Source: Macrostomum hystrix
Taxonomy: Eukaryota; Animalia; Platyhelminthes
Assembly (NCBI GenBank): GCA_950097015.1
Contig: CATNEN010000001.1
Coordinates: forward strand, 15,252,001 to 15,316,000
DNA length: 64,000 nt
Direction of reading: 5' to 3'
Part shown: piece by piece, positions 36,755 to 49,957 of the stretch
Layout of the letters: each line of letters starts with the position of its first letter
Position numbering within the stretch: position 1 is the first letter of the stretch
Notes under the pieces: model-generated
Told to the model about the DNA's origin: nothing
The model's input: only the letters and a program-made list of their open reading frames with translations
Databases searched by the model: none
Translations under genes and position numbers: made by a program

Positions 36755-39700
36755 TTAGTCAGCGCCATCTCCAGTTGCAACCTCAGGCGAGAGCTTCGCA
36801 TACAGACAGCCAACCAGATGCAGACTTCCAGTCACTAGCACGTCGCATTCAACACGAGATCGCCCATCGCCATCATCTGACGCCAACCAATCCAGAGCGT
36901 CAGACACCGAGTCAAACATTCTACAACGACAATCAGGGTCCAGCTGTTGAAAGGCGATCATATTTTCTTCGACTCGATTCTTAGTAGCGTTGGCGTCTGT
37001 GGAGGCCAGAGCGCTGAACAGGTCGGCGTTGCTGGCAGCTGAGGCCGTTGCGTCAACGACATTCGGACAGAACGCCGCCTTGCTGAATCCGGCGCTGATC
37101 AACGGTGCCAGAAGGTCTTTAGGCCGACGATCGCCGGTGCGGTTAAATAACAGTTTTCTTTTTCTAACAGAAGCAGATGAATGGCTGACACTGTTGAGAA
37201 ACCATTGTGCTGCCAGTGTCACACTTTCTATTGTGTGAGCGCCGTCTATGTACAGAGTGATGCCTTGGCTGACTGGGTAGGGCATTATGTCGAAGCGACC
37301 GGGCCATCGAGTCCCAGCAAGACCTTCCACGGCGGTGGCGTGGTCCAGAGCCTGGAGGAAATGATCGATTGAAATGACTAATTCAAATAACTGTGGCATG
37401 ACCAAATCGATTGACTAATTAAAAAACGGTGGCATGACCAATTTGAATGACGAATTTGAATGACCAGTCGAAATAACATGGGCATGACCGATTCGAATGA
37501 CCAACTGAAATGACTGGGATATGACCGATTGGAATGGCTGTAGCATGAACAATTCTAATGACGAATTGAAATGACTGGGTAAAGACCTATTTGTATTACA
37601 AGTCAGTGAATGAATCATTTAGTAGTACTGTAAAATATACATGATAAATAGGTGCGAATATAAATAAACCATTTTTTGCAGCAACTCAAAACTGTGCTCG
37701 AAAATTTACGAGCAAGTATTGTCCATTAAACAGGATAATGACTTTAATCTCGATAAGAACCTGTCAATACCGAAATCTCATTTTTCTCTTCCTAAAAAGA
37801 AATTGAAATCCTAATGGGATTTTTTTCAAACTGACGTATCTTAGAGTAAAACTTGATCTTGTACTGAGGAAACTTCAAATGTTTTATCATAAAACTGAGT
37901 TAGAGATAACTGAATAGACGAAAGAAAAAGGCGAAAGAATATGGGGACAAAAAGGGTAAGGAAAAGGAAAGGAGACGGGTAAGAAAAAGAGGAGAGAAAG
38001 ATGGGGAAGAGAAGAGGAAGAAAGGTGGTAAAAAGGGGGAAGAAAGATGCGGAATAAAGGGGAAGAAAGATGGAGAAGAAAAGGGGAAGAAGGATGGGGA
38101 AGAAAAGGGGAAGAAAGATGGAGAAGAAAAGGGGAAGAAGGATGGGGAAGAAAAGGGGAAGAAAGATGGAGAAGAAAAGGGGAAGAAGGATGGGGAAGAA
38201 AAGGGGAAGAAAGATGGGGAAGAGAAGGGGAAGAAAGGTGGTAAAAAGGGGGAAGAAAGATGCGGAATAAAGGGGAAGAAAGATGGAGAAGAAAAGGGGA
38301 AGAAGGATGGGGAAGAAAAGGGGAAGAAAGATGGAGAAGAAAAGGGGAAGAAGGATGGGGAAGAAAAGGGGAAGAAAGATGGGGAAGAGAAGGGGAAGAA
38401 AGGTGGTAAAAAGGGGGGAAGAAAGATGCGGAATAAAGGGGAAGAAATAGGGGGGAAGAAATATGGGGAAGAAAGAAGGGGAAGAAAGATGAGTTGAGAA
38501 ATATAGGAAGAAATGATAGAAAGGGAACAAGATATTAACACAGGAAACTGATTAAAAAACACCTTAAATGTTGCTCACCTTCTTTCCGCCGACTCCAGCG
38601 GCGTTGGCATCGGCGTTGGCCCGAAGCAGCCAATGCCGACAGATTTCAAAAGCCAGCGACGCGTTGATCAGCTGCGAAGGAGCCAGTCTATTCAGCAGCC
38701 AGTCGGGCAGACGGCTGTCCGACGCAGGCGAAGCGGTCAGCAACGGGCAGCCGACTTTGTCGGCCTCGGCTCTGAGCACGGCGAGGCCATCGTCTGGCTG
38801 GCCCAGCACGGTGAGGGCGGTGCAGCCGGGCTTGAAAATGCCCGCCTTCTGCCAGGCGATTTCGGCCAAGGAGCCGCCTAGCAGGGCGGTGTGGTCCAGG
38901 CCGAGCGGCGAGACGGCGCAGATCCAGGGCGAGGCTACGAAGTTGGTGCTGTCGTATCGACCACCGATGCCAACCTGAGCGAGGGTTGGGGACGAGCTGA
39001 CATTGCTTAGGGGAGAGAAAGGGAATAGATATAGGAATAGGAAACTTGAGGCGCTTTTGGATCGGGAAGAAAGGGGAGATTTTTGTGGGAAGAATGGAAA
39101 GATTTTTAGGGGAAGAATGGCAAGATTTTAGAGGAAGAAAGGGAAGATTTTAGGGGATAAATTGGAAGATTTCCCATTGGAAGAATGAGAAGATTTTAAG
39201 TGGAAGAATGGGGAGATTTTTAGGGGAAGAAAGGGGAGCTATTTAGGGAAAGAATGGGAAGATTTTAAGTAGAAGAATGGGAAGATTGTTAGGAGAAGAA
39301 AAGGGAAAGTTTTTGTGGGGAAAAAGATAATGTATTTAAGGATAGAAAAGGAGGAATTTTAGGGGGAGAAACGGATTACTTTTCGGGCAGGGGAAGAAAG
39401 GGAAGTTGTAGGGAGAGAAAGGCCTGGGCCCTTTCTGGGCGGGAAAGAAATCTTATGACTTTTGGGGAAGAGAAACGAAATATGTTAGAATGGAACGTTT
39501 ATGGATAAAGAAGGGAAGCTTTTTTGGGGGGAGAAAGGGAAGATAATTAGGGGGAAAAAGGGGGAAACTTCTAAACGGTGAAAAAGAGGATTATTGGGGT
39601 AAGAAATGGGAGATTTTCGAAGAAATGAAAAATGCTAATGGTGGGAAGAAGGGTCGCCTTTTAGGGAAAAAGGGAAATCGGTTTGTACTCGGTTCGGTAT

Positions 39701-42700
39701 TCGGCATTCGGTATTCGGTATTCGGTTTGGAAAAGCTTGTTAAACCTGACGCGAGACTTTTAACGAAATAGCGCGTACTATCGGTGCGTATCTACTTAAA
39801 ACAGAGAAGAAATCTTATCCTAACATAAAAAGAGCGAATGACAGACACACAGAATGGGTCATAAATGGACGAATGACAGACACACAGAATGGGTCATAAA
39901 TGGACGAATGACAGACAGACAGAATGGGTCATAAATGGACGAATGACAGACAGACAGAATGGGTCATAAATGGACGAATGACAGACAGACAGAATGGGTC
40001 ATAAATGGACGAATGACAGACAGACAGAATGGGTCATAAATGGACGAATGACAGACAGACAGAATGGGTCATAAATGGACGAATGACAGACAGACAGAAT
40101 GGGTCATAAATGGACGAATGACAGACAGACAGAATGGGTCATAAAATGCACGAATGACAGACAGACAGAATGGGTCATAAATGGACGAATGACAGACACA
40201 CAGAATGGGTCATAAATGGACGAATGACAGACACACAGAATGGGTCATAAATGGGTCAATGACAGACACACAGAATGGGTCATAAATGGGTCAATGACAG
40301 ACACAAAGAATGGGTCATAAATGGGTCAATGACAGACACACAGAATGGGTCATAAATGGACGAATGACAGACACAAAGAATGGGTCATAAATGGACGAAT
40401 GACAGACAGACAGAATGGTTCATAAATGGACGAATGACAGACAGACAGAATGGGTCATAAATGGACGAATGACAGACAGACAGAATGGGTCATAAATGGA
40501 CGAATGACAGACAGACAGAATGGGTCATAAATGGACGAATGACAGACAGACAGAATGGGTCATAAATGGACGAATGACAGACACACAGAATGGGTCATAA
40601 ATGGACGAATGACAGACAGACAGAATGGGTCATAAATGGACGAATGACAGACACACAGAATGGGTCATAAATGGACGAATGACAGACAGACAGAATGGGT
40701 CATAAATGGACGAATGACAGACAGACAGAATGGGTCATAAATGGACGAATGACAGACAGACAGAATGGGTCATAAATGGACGAATGACAGACAGACAGAA
40801 TGGGTCATAAATGGACGAATGACAGACACACAGAATGGGTCATAAATGGACGAATGACAGACACACAGAATGGGTCATAAATGGACGAATGACAGACACA
40901 CAGAATGGGTCATAAATGGACGAATGACAGACACACAGAATGGGTCATAAATGGACGAATGACAGACACACAGAATGGGTCATAAATGGACGAATGACAA
41001 ACACAGTGAATGGGTCATGGGTCACAGAATATTGGCTAAGATATTAAAAATACTCACAAAAGTATTTAGCCTAGACAAGAAATCAGTAGAACCAGAGTGA
41101 CATTTTTCACTCATCAGTCAGTATTCTATCAGTAGTTCAATCAGAATCTATTGAAAATTAATACAAAAATGTTGAGTATGAGATTGAGGCTGCAATATAA
41201 ACTAGTCCAATGACACTAGAATGACAAAAAATGAATTTTTCTGAATTTTTTAATGCTCCTCTTTCAAAAATGAGACGACGCGACGAAGATAGTTGAGCAT
41301 CGCTACTAAATTTGAGCAAAAAATAACGCCTAATAATGACAAAACAAGGCCAGACGATGAAAATAAAAGCAATCAATTTGATCGTCAGCTAGAAATTTAC
41401 AATTTTTTTGTTAAACAAAAATGCACGACATATTAAAGGCTTTATGATTTCAATCCATGCAATTACAGTAACGACCTTCATTTGATAGTCTGGGCCTTAG
41501 AAACTAAAAATTCGGAAGATTTTGAAAAAGCAGAGATGAGGGTATGAGGGGTTAAGGTCGAAGGTTCGATTCCTGACTCAACTGGAACAAACTGAGAGCA
41601 GTCGCTTACAGCCTTAGCAACCGAGACTATAACCTTAGCAACGGAGACTAGATCCTTAGCAACGGAGACTAGATCCTTAGCAACTGAGACTAGATCCTTA
41701 GCAACGGAGACTAGACCCTTAGCAACGGAGACTAGATCCTTAGCAACTGAGACTAGATCCTTAGCAACGGAGACTAGACCCTTAGCAACGGAGACTAGAT
41801 CCATAGCAACGGAGACTAGATCCTTAGCAATGGAGACTAGATCCTTAGCAATGGAGACTAGATCCTTAGCAACCGAGTTTAGAACCTTCAGAACCTTAGA
41901 GCAACAGATGGTTAGCAATAATTAAGACTCAAAACACACCAATCGATGAACTCACCTCGACAACAGCAACGTCCAATTTCTCAGCCAAAAACACCCACAC
42001 GGCCATGAGGGTTAGAAATGGGAAATAAGCCGGCAAATCCCCACCATCACCGGCCAGCCTGTCGTGGACTAGCCAGAAATACTTGGCGAAATCTTCCCTA
42101 GAAATCGGCCGGCCGTTGATTCGTATTCTTTCGCGCACCTCCACCAGGTGAGGCGACGAGTAGAAACCGGTTCGGTAGCCATGGCAACGAAGAATAGACT
42201 CGGTGTAGGCCGCAGTGCCGCCCTTACCCTTGGTGCCGGTGATGTGAATAACGCGAAGCGAGTCATAGTCTGACGGTGTTATGCCTGAAATTAGAACAAT
42301 TATTTTAATGTTTGATGAACTACTGTAACAGGTTAGATAGGCTACTGTAACACGGGAAACAGGGGACAGATAAGACAGATGCGAGATGAGACAGGGGAGA
42401 GATGAGACACAGGAGAGATGAGACAAAGGCGAGATGAGACAGGGGAGAGATGAGACATGGGAGAGATGAGACAGGGGAGAGATGAGACATGGGAGAGATG
42501 AGACAGGGGAGAGATGAGACAGGGGAGAGATCAGAAAGGGGAGAGATGAGACACGGGAGAGGTGAGACAGAACAGATGAGACACGGGAGAGATGAGACAC
42601 AGGAGAGGTGAGACACGGGAGAGATGAAACAGGGGAGAGATGAGACACAGGCGAGATGAGACAGGGGAGAGGTGAGACAGGGGAGAGATGAGACACGGGA

Positions 42701-44649
42701 GAGATGAGATACGGAAGAGATGAGACAGGGGAGAGATAAGACACAGGAGAGATGAGACACAGGAGAGATGAGACAGGGGAGAGATGAGACACAGGCGAGA
42801 TGAGACAGGGGAGAGATGAGACAGGGGAGAGATCAGACAGGGGAGAGATGAGACACGGGAGAGGTGAGATAGAACAGATGAGACACGGGAGAGATGAGAC
42901 ACAGGAGAGATGAGACACAGGAGAGATGAGACACAGGCGAGATTAGACAGGGGAGAGATGAGACACAGGAGAGATGAGACACAGGAGAGATGAGACACAG
43001 GCGAGATTAGACAGGGGAGAGATGAGACACAGGAGAGATGAGACACAGGAGAGATGAGACACATGAGAGATGAGACACGGGAGAGGTGAGACACAGGAGA
43101 GATGAGACACGGGAGAGGTGAGACAGGGGGGAGATGATATACGGAAGAGATGAGACAGGGGAGAGATGAGACAGGGGAGAGATGAGACACGGGAGAGATG
43201 AGACACGGGAGAGATGAGACAGGGGAGAGATGAGACACAGGAGAGATGAGACAGGGGAGAGATGAGACACAGGAGAGATGAGACAGGGGAGAGATGAGAC
43301 ACAGGAGAGATGAGACACAGGCGAGATGAGACACGGGAGAGGTGAGACAGAACAGATGAGACACAGGAGAGATGAGACACGGGAGAGGTGAGACACGGGA
43401 GAGATGAGACACGGGAGAGGTGAGACACGGGAGAGGTGAGACACGGGAGAGGTGAGACACGGGAGAGGTGAGACACAGGCGAGATGAGACAGGGGAGAGA
43501 TGAGACAGGGGAGAGATCAGACAGGGGAGAGATGAGACACGGGAGAGGTGAGATAGAACAGATGAGACACGGGAGAGATGAGACACAGGAGAGATGAGAC
43601 ACAGGAGAGATGAGACACAGGCGAGATTAGACAGGGGAGAGATGAGACACAGGAGAGATGAGACACAGGAGAGATGAGACACAGGCGAGATTAGACAGGG
43701 GAGAGATGAGACACAGGAGAGATGAGACACAGGAGAGATGAGACACAGGAGAGATGAGACACAGGCGAGATTAGACAGGGGAGAGATGAGACACAGGAGA
43801 GATGAGACACAGGAGAGATGAGACACAGGCGAGATTAGACAGGGGAGAGATGAGACACAGGAGAGATGAGACACGGGAGAGGTGAGACACGGGAGAGGTG
43901 AGACACGGGAGAGGTGAGACACAGGAGAGATGAGACACGGGAGAGGTGAGACAGGGGGGAGATGATATACGGAAGAGATGAGACAGGGGAGAGATGAGAC
44001 ACGGGAGAGATGAGACACGGGAGAGATGAGACACGGGAGAGATGAGACAGGGGAGAGATGAGACACAGGAGAGATGAGACAGGGGAGAGATGAGACACAG
44101 GAGAGATGAGACACAGGCGAGATGAGACACGGGAGAGGTGAGACAGAACAGATGAGACACAGGAGAGATGAGACACGGGAGAGGTGAGACACGGGAGAGA
44201 TGAGACACGGGAGAGGTGAGACACGGGAGAGGTGAGACACGGGAGAGGTGAGACACGGGAGAGGTGAGACACGAGAGAGGTGAGACACGGGAGAGGTGAG
44301 ACAGAACAGATGAGACAGGCCAATAAGAAGTTAATTATAAACAGGCACATCATGAGACAGTCTCACCCAATCTAGCAGCCAGGCGAATCATCTCTGGAAT
44401 TTTCTCACCGCACCGGGCGTCCTTCTCTCTCAGAGACTGCTCAATGTTGGCCGCATTAGACTGAAGCCGGTTCAGAGCGGACACAGCTGATGCGTAGTCC
44501 CTACTGGTTGAAGAATCTAACTGAGCCATAGTGCATTGCATGACCAATCTGGGTCTGCTTGTTAGAGAACAGTTTAGTAGCAGTTGTTTAAACAGTCGGC
44601 CGGTACATTTGGCCAAGCTACTAAGGGTGGGCTCCACGGATTTGACCAA
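36755..44649 (-). CDS. FPGS: Folylpolyglutamate synthase; exons 44649-44367, 42284-41956, 38974-38579, 37351-36755
   Basis: P-loop IHITGTKGKG, TGFYSSPHLVEVRERIRING, VVE|VGIGGRYDSTN, LGLDHT, IAWQKAGIFK, WPGR, IDGAHT, VLVTGSLHLVG. Splice phases are consistent (1605 nt). First genomic in-frame ATGs after the acceptor are at 44541 and 44529. Confidence 0.93.
37985..38520. repeat. 24-bp polypurine repeat (GAAGAAAAGGGGAAGAAAGATGGA) in FPGS intron 3
   Basis: Tandem array; source of the FFPFSSPS ORFs. Confidence 0.88.
39836..41020. repeat. 35-bp minisatellite (GAATGACAGACAGACAGAATGGGTCATAAATGGAC) in FPGS intron 2
   Basis: Tandem array. Confidence 0.95.
41608..41880. repeat. 21-bp minisatellite (CCTTAGCAACGGAGACTAGAT) in FPGS intron 2
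   Basis: Tandem array. Confidence 0.9.
42365..44318. repeat. 16-bp minisatellite (GAGATGAGACACAGGA) filling FPGS intron 1
   Basis: Tandem array with many variant units. Confidence 0.95.
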
Positions 44650-44944
44650 CTGAAAGCAAAATATAACTCGACAGTTAATCATTTCGACTATAAGAAAACG
44701 AAAGCGTCATTTAAAAACGAATGGACTTTGAACTAATCAACACCGTGGTAGCCGTAGATAGGTTTAGAATGCTAAACACATTTTGTAGCCTTAAGGTGAA
44801 AATGAATTTACCGTTAGACTTTGAAATGATAGGCAAATGCTAAATGGAAAGTCTCGCTAAGTTACTAAGGCGAATGTAGATTATAATTGTTGCGCTTAAC
44901 AGCTGTGTTAGATAAAGCTCAGTTATATATCTAATGGTATTTTG

Positions 44945-46475
44945 TGTCTGACCTAAAATATCTAACAGTTGGTCTTTCTGAGTCTGACCTAAAATATCTA
45001 ACAGTTGGTCTTTCTGAGTCCGACATAAAATATCTAACAGTTGGTCTTTCCGAGTCTAACCTAAAATATCTAACAGTTGATCTTTCTGAGTCTAACCTAA
45101 AATATCTAACAGTTGGTCTTTCCGAGTCTAACCTAAAATATCTAACAGTTGGTCTTGGTGAGTCTAACCTAAAATATCTAACAGTTGATCTTTCCGAGTC
45201 TAACCTAAAATATCTAACAGTTGGTCTTGGTGAGTCTAACCTAAAATATCTAACAGTTGGTCTTGCTGAGTCTGGCTAAAATATCTAACAGTTGGTCTTG
45301 CTGAGTCTGACCTAAAATATCTAACAGTTGGTCTTGCTGAGTCTGGCTAAAATATCTAACAGTTGGTCTTGCTGAGTCTGGCTAAAATATCTAACAGTTG
45401 GTCTTGCTGAGTCTGGCTAAAATATCTAACAGTTGGTCTTGCTGAGTCTGGCTAAAATATCTAACAGTTGGTCTTGCTGAGTCTGACCTAAAATATCTAA
45501 CAGTTGGTCTTTCTGAGTCTGACATAAAATATCTAACAGTTGGTCTTGCTGAGTCTGACATAAAATATCTAACAGTTGGTCTTGCTGAGTCTGACATAAA
45601 ATATCTAACAGTTGGTCTTGCTGAGTCTGACATAAAATATCTAACAGTTGGTCTTGCTGAGTCTGGCTAAAATATCTAACAGTTGGTCTTGCTGAGTCTG
45701 ACATAAAATATCTAACAGTTGGTCTTTCTGAGTCTGACATAAAATATCTAACAGTTGGTCTTGCTGAGTCTGGCTAAAATATCTAACAGTTGGTCTTGCT
45801 GAGTCTGACATAAAATATCTAACAGTTGGTCTTGCTGAGTCTGACATAAAATATCTAACAGTTGGTCTTGCTGAGTCTAACCTAAAATATCTAACAGTTG
45901 ATCTTGCTGAGTCTGACATAAAATATCTAACAGTTGGTCTTTCTGAGTCTGACATAAAATATCTAACAGTTGGTCTTGCTGAGTCTGGCTAAAATATCTA
46001 ACAGTTGGTCTTGCTGAGTCTGACATAAAATATCTAACAGTTGGTCTTGCTGAGTCTGACATAAAATATCTAACAGTTGGTCTTGCTGAGTCTGGCTAAA
46101 ATATCTAACAGTTGGTCTTGCTGAGTCTGACATAAAATATCTAACAGTTGGTCTTGCTGAGTCTGACATAAAATATCTAACAGTTGGTCTTGCTGAGTCT
46201 GGCTAAAATATCTAACAGTTGGTCTTGCTGAGTCTGACATAAAATATCTAACAGTTGGTCTTGCTGAGTCTAACCTAAAATATCTAACAGTTGGTCTTGC
46301 TGAGTCTGGCTAAAATATCTAACAGTTGGTCTTGCTGAGTCTGACATAAAATATCTAACAGTTGGTCTTGCTGAGTCTGGCTAAAATATCTAACAGTTGG
46401 TCTTGCTGAGTCTGACATAAAATATCTAACAGTTGGTCTTGCTGAGTCTGGCTAAAATATCTAACAGTTGGTCTT
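44945..46475. repeat. 35/36-bp minisatellite (AAAATATCTAACAGTTGGTCTTGCTGAGTCTGACAT)
   Basis: Tandem array upstream of FPGS. Confidence 0.95.
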
Positions 46476-46689
46476 TACGTGTATTAACAAAACATAAACA
46501 TTTAACTAGCACGTTAATCAATTATTCTTAAAGCTGAAAATACATTTCGGCGAGGAAGCAAAAGCATATTTATAGAATCATTTATTCATCGATATTCATT
46601 TTTTGTGTTTTTTAAATCTCTGAAATGAAATCTCATCAAGTAGAAGACTAATCAATAATTATTTATTAATTAACACGGTTCCCTTAATT

Positions 46690-47955
46690 TAGTCTTTCTC
46701 CCCCCATCCAATCTGTCTTTCTCCCCCATCCAATCTGTCTTTCTACCCTCATCCAATCTGTCTTTCTCCCCCATTCAATCTGTCTTTCTCCCCCCATCCA
46801 ATATGTCTTTCTACCCCCATCCAATCTGTCTTTCTCCCCCCATCCAATCTGTCTTTCTCCCCCCATCCAATCTGTCTTTCTACCCCCATCCAATCTGTCT
46901 TTCTCCCCCCATCCAATCTGTCTTTCTCCCCCATTCAATCTGTCTTTCTCCCCCATTCAATCTGTCTTTCTCCCCCCATCCAATCTATCTTTCTACCCCC
47001 ATCCAATCTGTCTTTCTACCCCCATCCAATCTGTCTTTCTACCCCCATCCAATCTTTCCTTCTCCCCATCCAATCTCTCTTTCTCCCCATCCGATCTGTC
47101 TTTCTCCCCCCATCCAATCTGTCTTTCTCCCCCCATCCAATCTGTCTTTCTCCCCCCCATCCAATCTGTCTTTCTATCCCCATCCAATCTGTCTTTCTAT
47201 GCTTATCCAATCTGTCTTTCTCCCCCATTCAATCTGTCTTTCTCCCCCCATCCAATCTATCTTTCTACCCCCATCCAATCTGTCTTTCTCCCCCCATCCA
47301 ATCTGTCTTTCTACCCCCATCCAATCTTTCCTTCTCCCCATCCAATCTCTCTTTCTCCCCATCCGATCTGTCTTTCTCCCCCCATCCAATCTGTCCCCCA
47401 ACTAGACCATCCGATTTGTCTTTCTACCCCCATCCAATCTGTCTTTCTCCCCCCATCCAATCTGTCTTTCTCCCCCCATCCAATCTGTCTTTCTCCCCCC
47501 ATCCAATCTGTCTTTCTACCCCCATCCAATCTGTCTTTCTCCCCCCATCCAATCTGTCTTTCTCCCCCCATCCAATCTGTCTTTCTATGCTTATCCAATC
47601 TGTCTTTCTACCCCCATCAAATCTGTCTTTCTCCCCCCATCCAATCTGTCTTTGTACCCCCATCCGATGTCTTTCTACCCCCATCTAATCTTTCTTTCTA
47701 CCTCCCCATCCAATTTTTCTTTCTACCCCCATCCGATTTGTCTTTCTACCCCCATCCAATCTTTCTTTCTACCCCCCATCCAATCTTTCTTTCTACCCCC
47801 ATCCAATCTGTCTTTCTACCCCCATCCAATGTCTTTCTACCCCCATCCAATCTGTCTTTCTACCCCCATCCAATGTCTTTCTACCCCCATCCGATTTGTC
47901 TTTCTACCCCCCATCCAATCTGTCTTTCTACCCCCATCCGATTTGTCATTCTCCC
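46690..47955. repeat. 23-bp minisatellite (CCATCCAATCTGTCTTTCTCCCC)
   Basis: Tandem array. Confidence 0.93.
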
Positions 47956-48051
47956 CGCTTGATTCACCATGTCGAAAGAAGTATCAGGGATTCAGTATTT
48001 TTGTTTCAAATCTGACATTATTACATAGTAGAGACTCACTAAACTGATGTA

Positions 48052-49352
48052 CGAGGGTCAGTCAAAAAGTAATGATAATACTGTTGTAATTCCTAAAATA
48101 TATGGTGCATCGAAGTGAAACTGGTTTCATTTGAAAAATAGTCTTTTCTTCTTTATTTAATAGAATTTTGGTCACTCTAGAATGATATATGTGAGCTTGG
48201 TGAAGCTCTAAACACAGTATACCCCCTTCAGCCATGGAAAATTCAAAAATCGAAGCTCGCATCAATGCAAAGTTTCTAGTGAAACTTGGCTGGAAGCCAG
48301 CCGACATTATCGAGGCCTTCAAGAAGGTCTATGGTGATACTGCGCCATCTGATCCGACGCTTTACCGCTGGATTCAAGCCTTTAAGGAAGGCCGAGAATC
48401 CGTGGAAGATGTCCAGCGATCTGGCAGGCCAACGACATCGAGCACAGAGGACAATGTGGCGGCTGTGCAGCAGCTGATTGATCAGGATCGCCGTGTGACT
48501 ATCGATAAGATAGCTGAGGTAGTGGGTATCTCTCACGGCAGTGCCCACTCGATTGTCACCATCAGCCTTGGTCTGAGCAAGCTGAGTGCCCGCTGGGTAC
48601 CACGGCTGTTGCGGCCTGAACACCGGGTTCAGCGCACTGAATGTGCCATGAGCCTGCTGAACCGCCTGGACGCCAACTCCGAAGACTTCTACCAGCGATT
48701 GGTGACCGGCGATGAAACGTGGATATAACAGTACGATCCCGAGTCCAAAGTCCAGTCTAAGGAGTGGCTGCCACGTGGTTCAGCGGGTCCCAAGAAGTTC
48801 CGTGCCGAGCGGTCAGCAGCGAAGGTCTTGGCGACTGTGTTCTGGGATGCTGACGGAGTTGTGATGGTTGACTTCCTAGAAAGCCAGAAAACCATCAACG
48901 CCATCTACTACGAGTCGCTTTTGCCAAAGCTTTGCACCGAACTGGCCAAAAAGCGACCTGGCAAGCTGCACCGTGGAGTGCTCTTCCACCACGACAATGC
49001 ACCAGCCCACACTTCTCGACTGTGCCGGGAGGCTCTGCGAGATTTCCGCTGGGAAATACTTCAGCATCCTCAGTACAGCCCTGATTTGGCTCCTTCAGAC
49101 TTTTTTTTGTTTCCAAAGCTGAAGGAGGCGATCAAGGGAGTTCGACATGACAGCAAGGAGGCTGCCAAGAAGGCTACCGTACAGTGGCTTGCTGCGCAGC
49201 CTCCTGCCTTCTACATGAATGGCCTGGAGAGATGGCGACACCGCATGGAGAAGTGTCTGACCCTGGAGGGGGATTATGTAGAAAAGTAGATTTGTGCGTG
49301 AAGCTTGAAGCTCGTGACAATAATATTATCATTACTTTTTGACTGACCCTCG
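48052..49352 (+). mobile_element. Full-length mariner (DD34D) DNA transposon, 1301 bp
   Basis: Perfect 29-bp TIRs CGAGGGTCAGTCAAAAAGTAATGATAATA (48052-48080 and 49324-49352), with TA target duplication on both sides. Confidence 0.97.
48234..49289 (+). pseudogene. Mariner transposase with a single in-frame TAA at 48726-48728
   Basis: WVPRLL, GDETWI*QYDPE, HHDNAPAH-(34)-YSPDLAPSD motifs; both ORF halves are in the same frame. Confidence 0.93.
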
Positions 49353-49725
49353 TATCGAGAGCAAGGAAATGACTTATAGAACGAAAGTGTTATAGCTGTG
49401 TAAAATGTGTTTATAAACCAATTCTTTAAAATACACAAGACGAAAATAGCTTTTTGAAAAAGCAGCCTCTCTTTACTTTCGCGTTTATTTTTTTGTCTTG
49501 ATCAACAACAATTAGATGCACATTTAAATATAAATTACATATTCAAAATTACAACTGTTCAACATGAACGCGCCAGGAATCTCATTTCGCCGAAAAGCCA
49601 TCTGCACATTAGACCATAGACTAATAGACTAATGATGCACTAATGAAAGTGTGACTATAGATGTCTATGGCTTAAATAATAAAGTTAAAGTTAAGGATTC
49701 TTCTTTCTGTTATAGTCCATGACAT

Positions 49726-49797
49726 TATGTCGTAGCCTTGTGGTTAAAGCGTCGGATTTACGACTTGAAGGTCGGGGGTTCGATGCTCGTAAACTAA
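49726..49797 (+). pseudogene. Degenerate tRNA-like sequence (tRNA pseudogene or SINE head)
   Basis: A-box TAGCCTTGTGGTTAA and B-box GGTTCGATGC at tRNA-like spacing, with a TT-TAC-GA loop, but the acceptor and anticodon stems pair poorly. Confidence 0.4.
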
Positions 49798-49957
49798 CTA
49801 AATTAAGCTGTCGTAAGGTCATGTCAGAAAAAGACAATATTGTTAAATAAGATAAACGAAATTAATTTCGGCCAAATGGGAATAAGCGAAATGACAGGTG
49901 CCCCGCCCTTACATCAAATGTTAATCAATACATGGATTGATCAATCTCTAAGCAGTT

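Noticed and set aside
39010-39730. Purine-rich stretch and short TATTCGG repeat in FPGS intron 2
   Set aside because: Looks like a decayed low-complexity array; no further structure could be supported.
42320-44353. Cys/Ser/Leu-rich ORFs up to 585 aa
   Set aside because: 16-bp array within FPGS intron 1.
48726-48728. Stop-codon reassignment or readthrough (TAA as Tyr) in the transposase
   Set aside because: TAA terminates FPGS and the TMEM-like gene normally; a point mutation is simpler.
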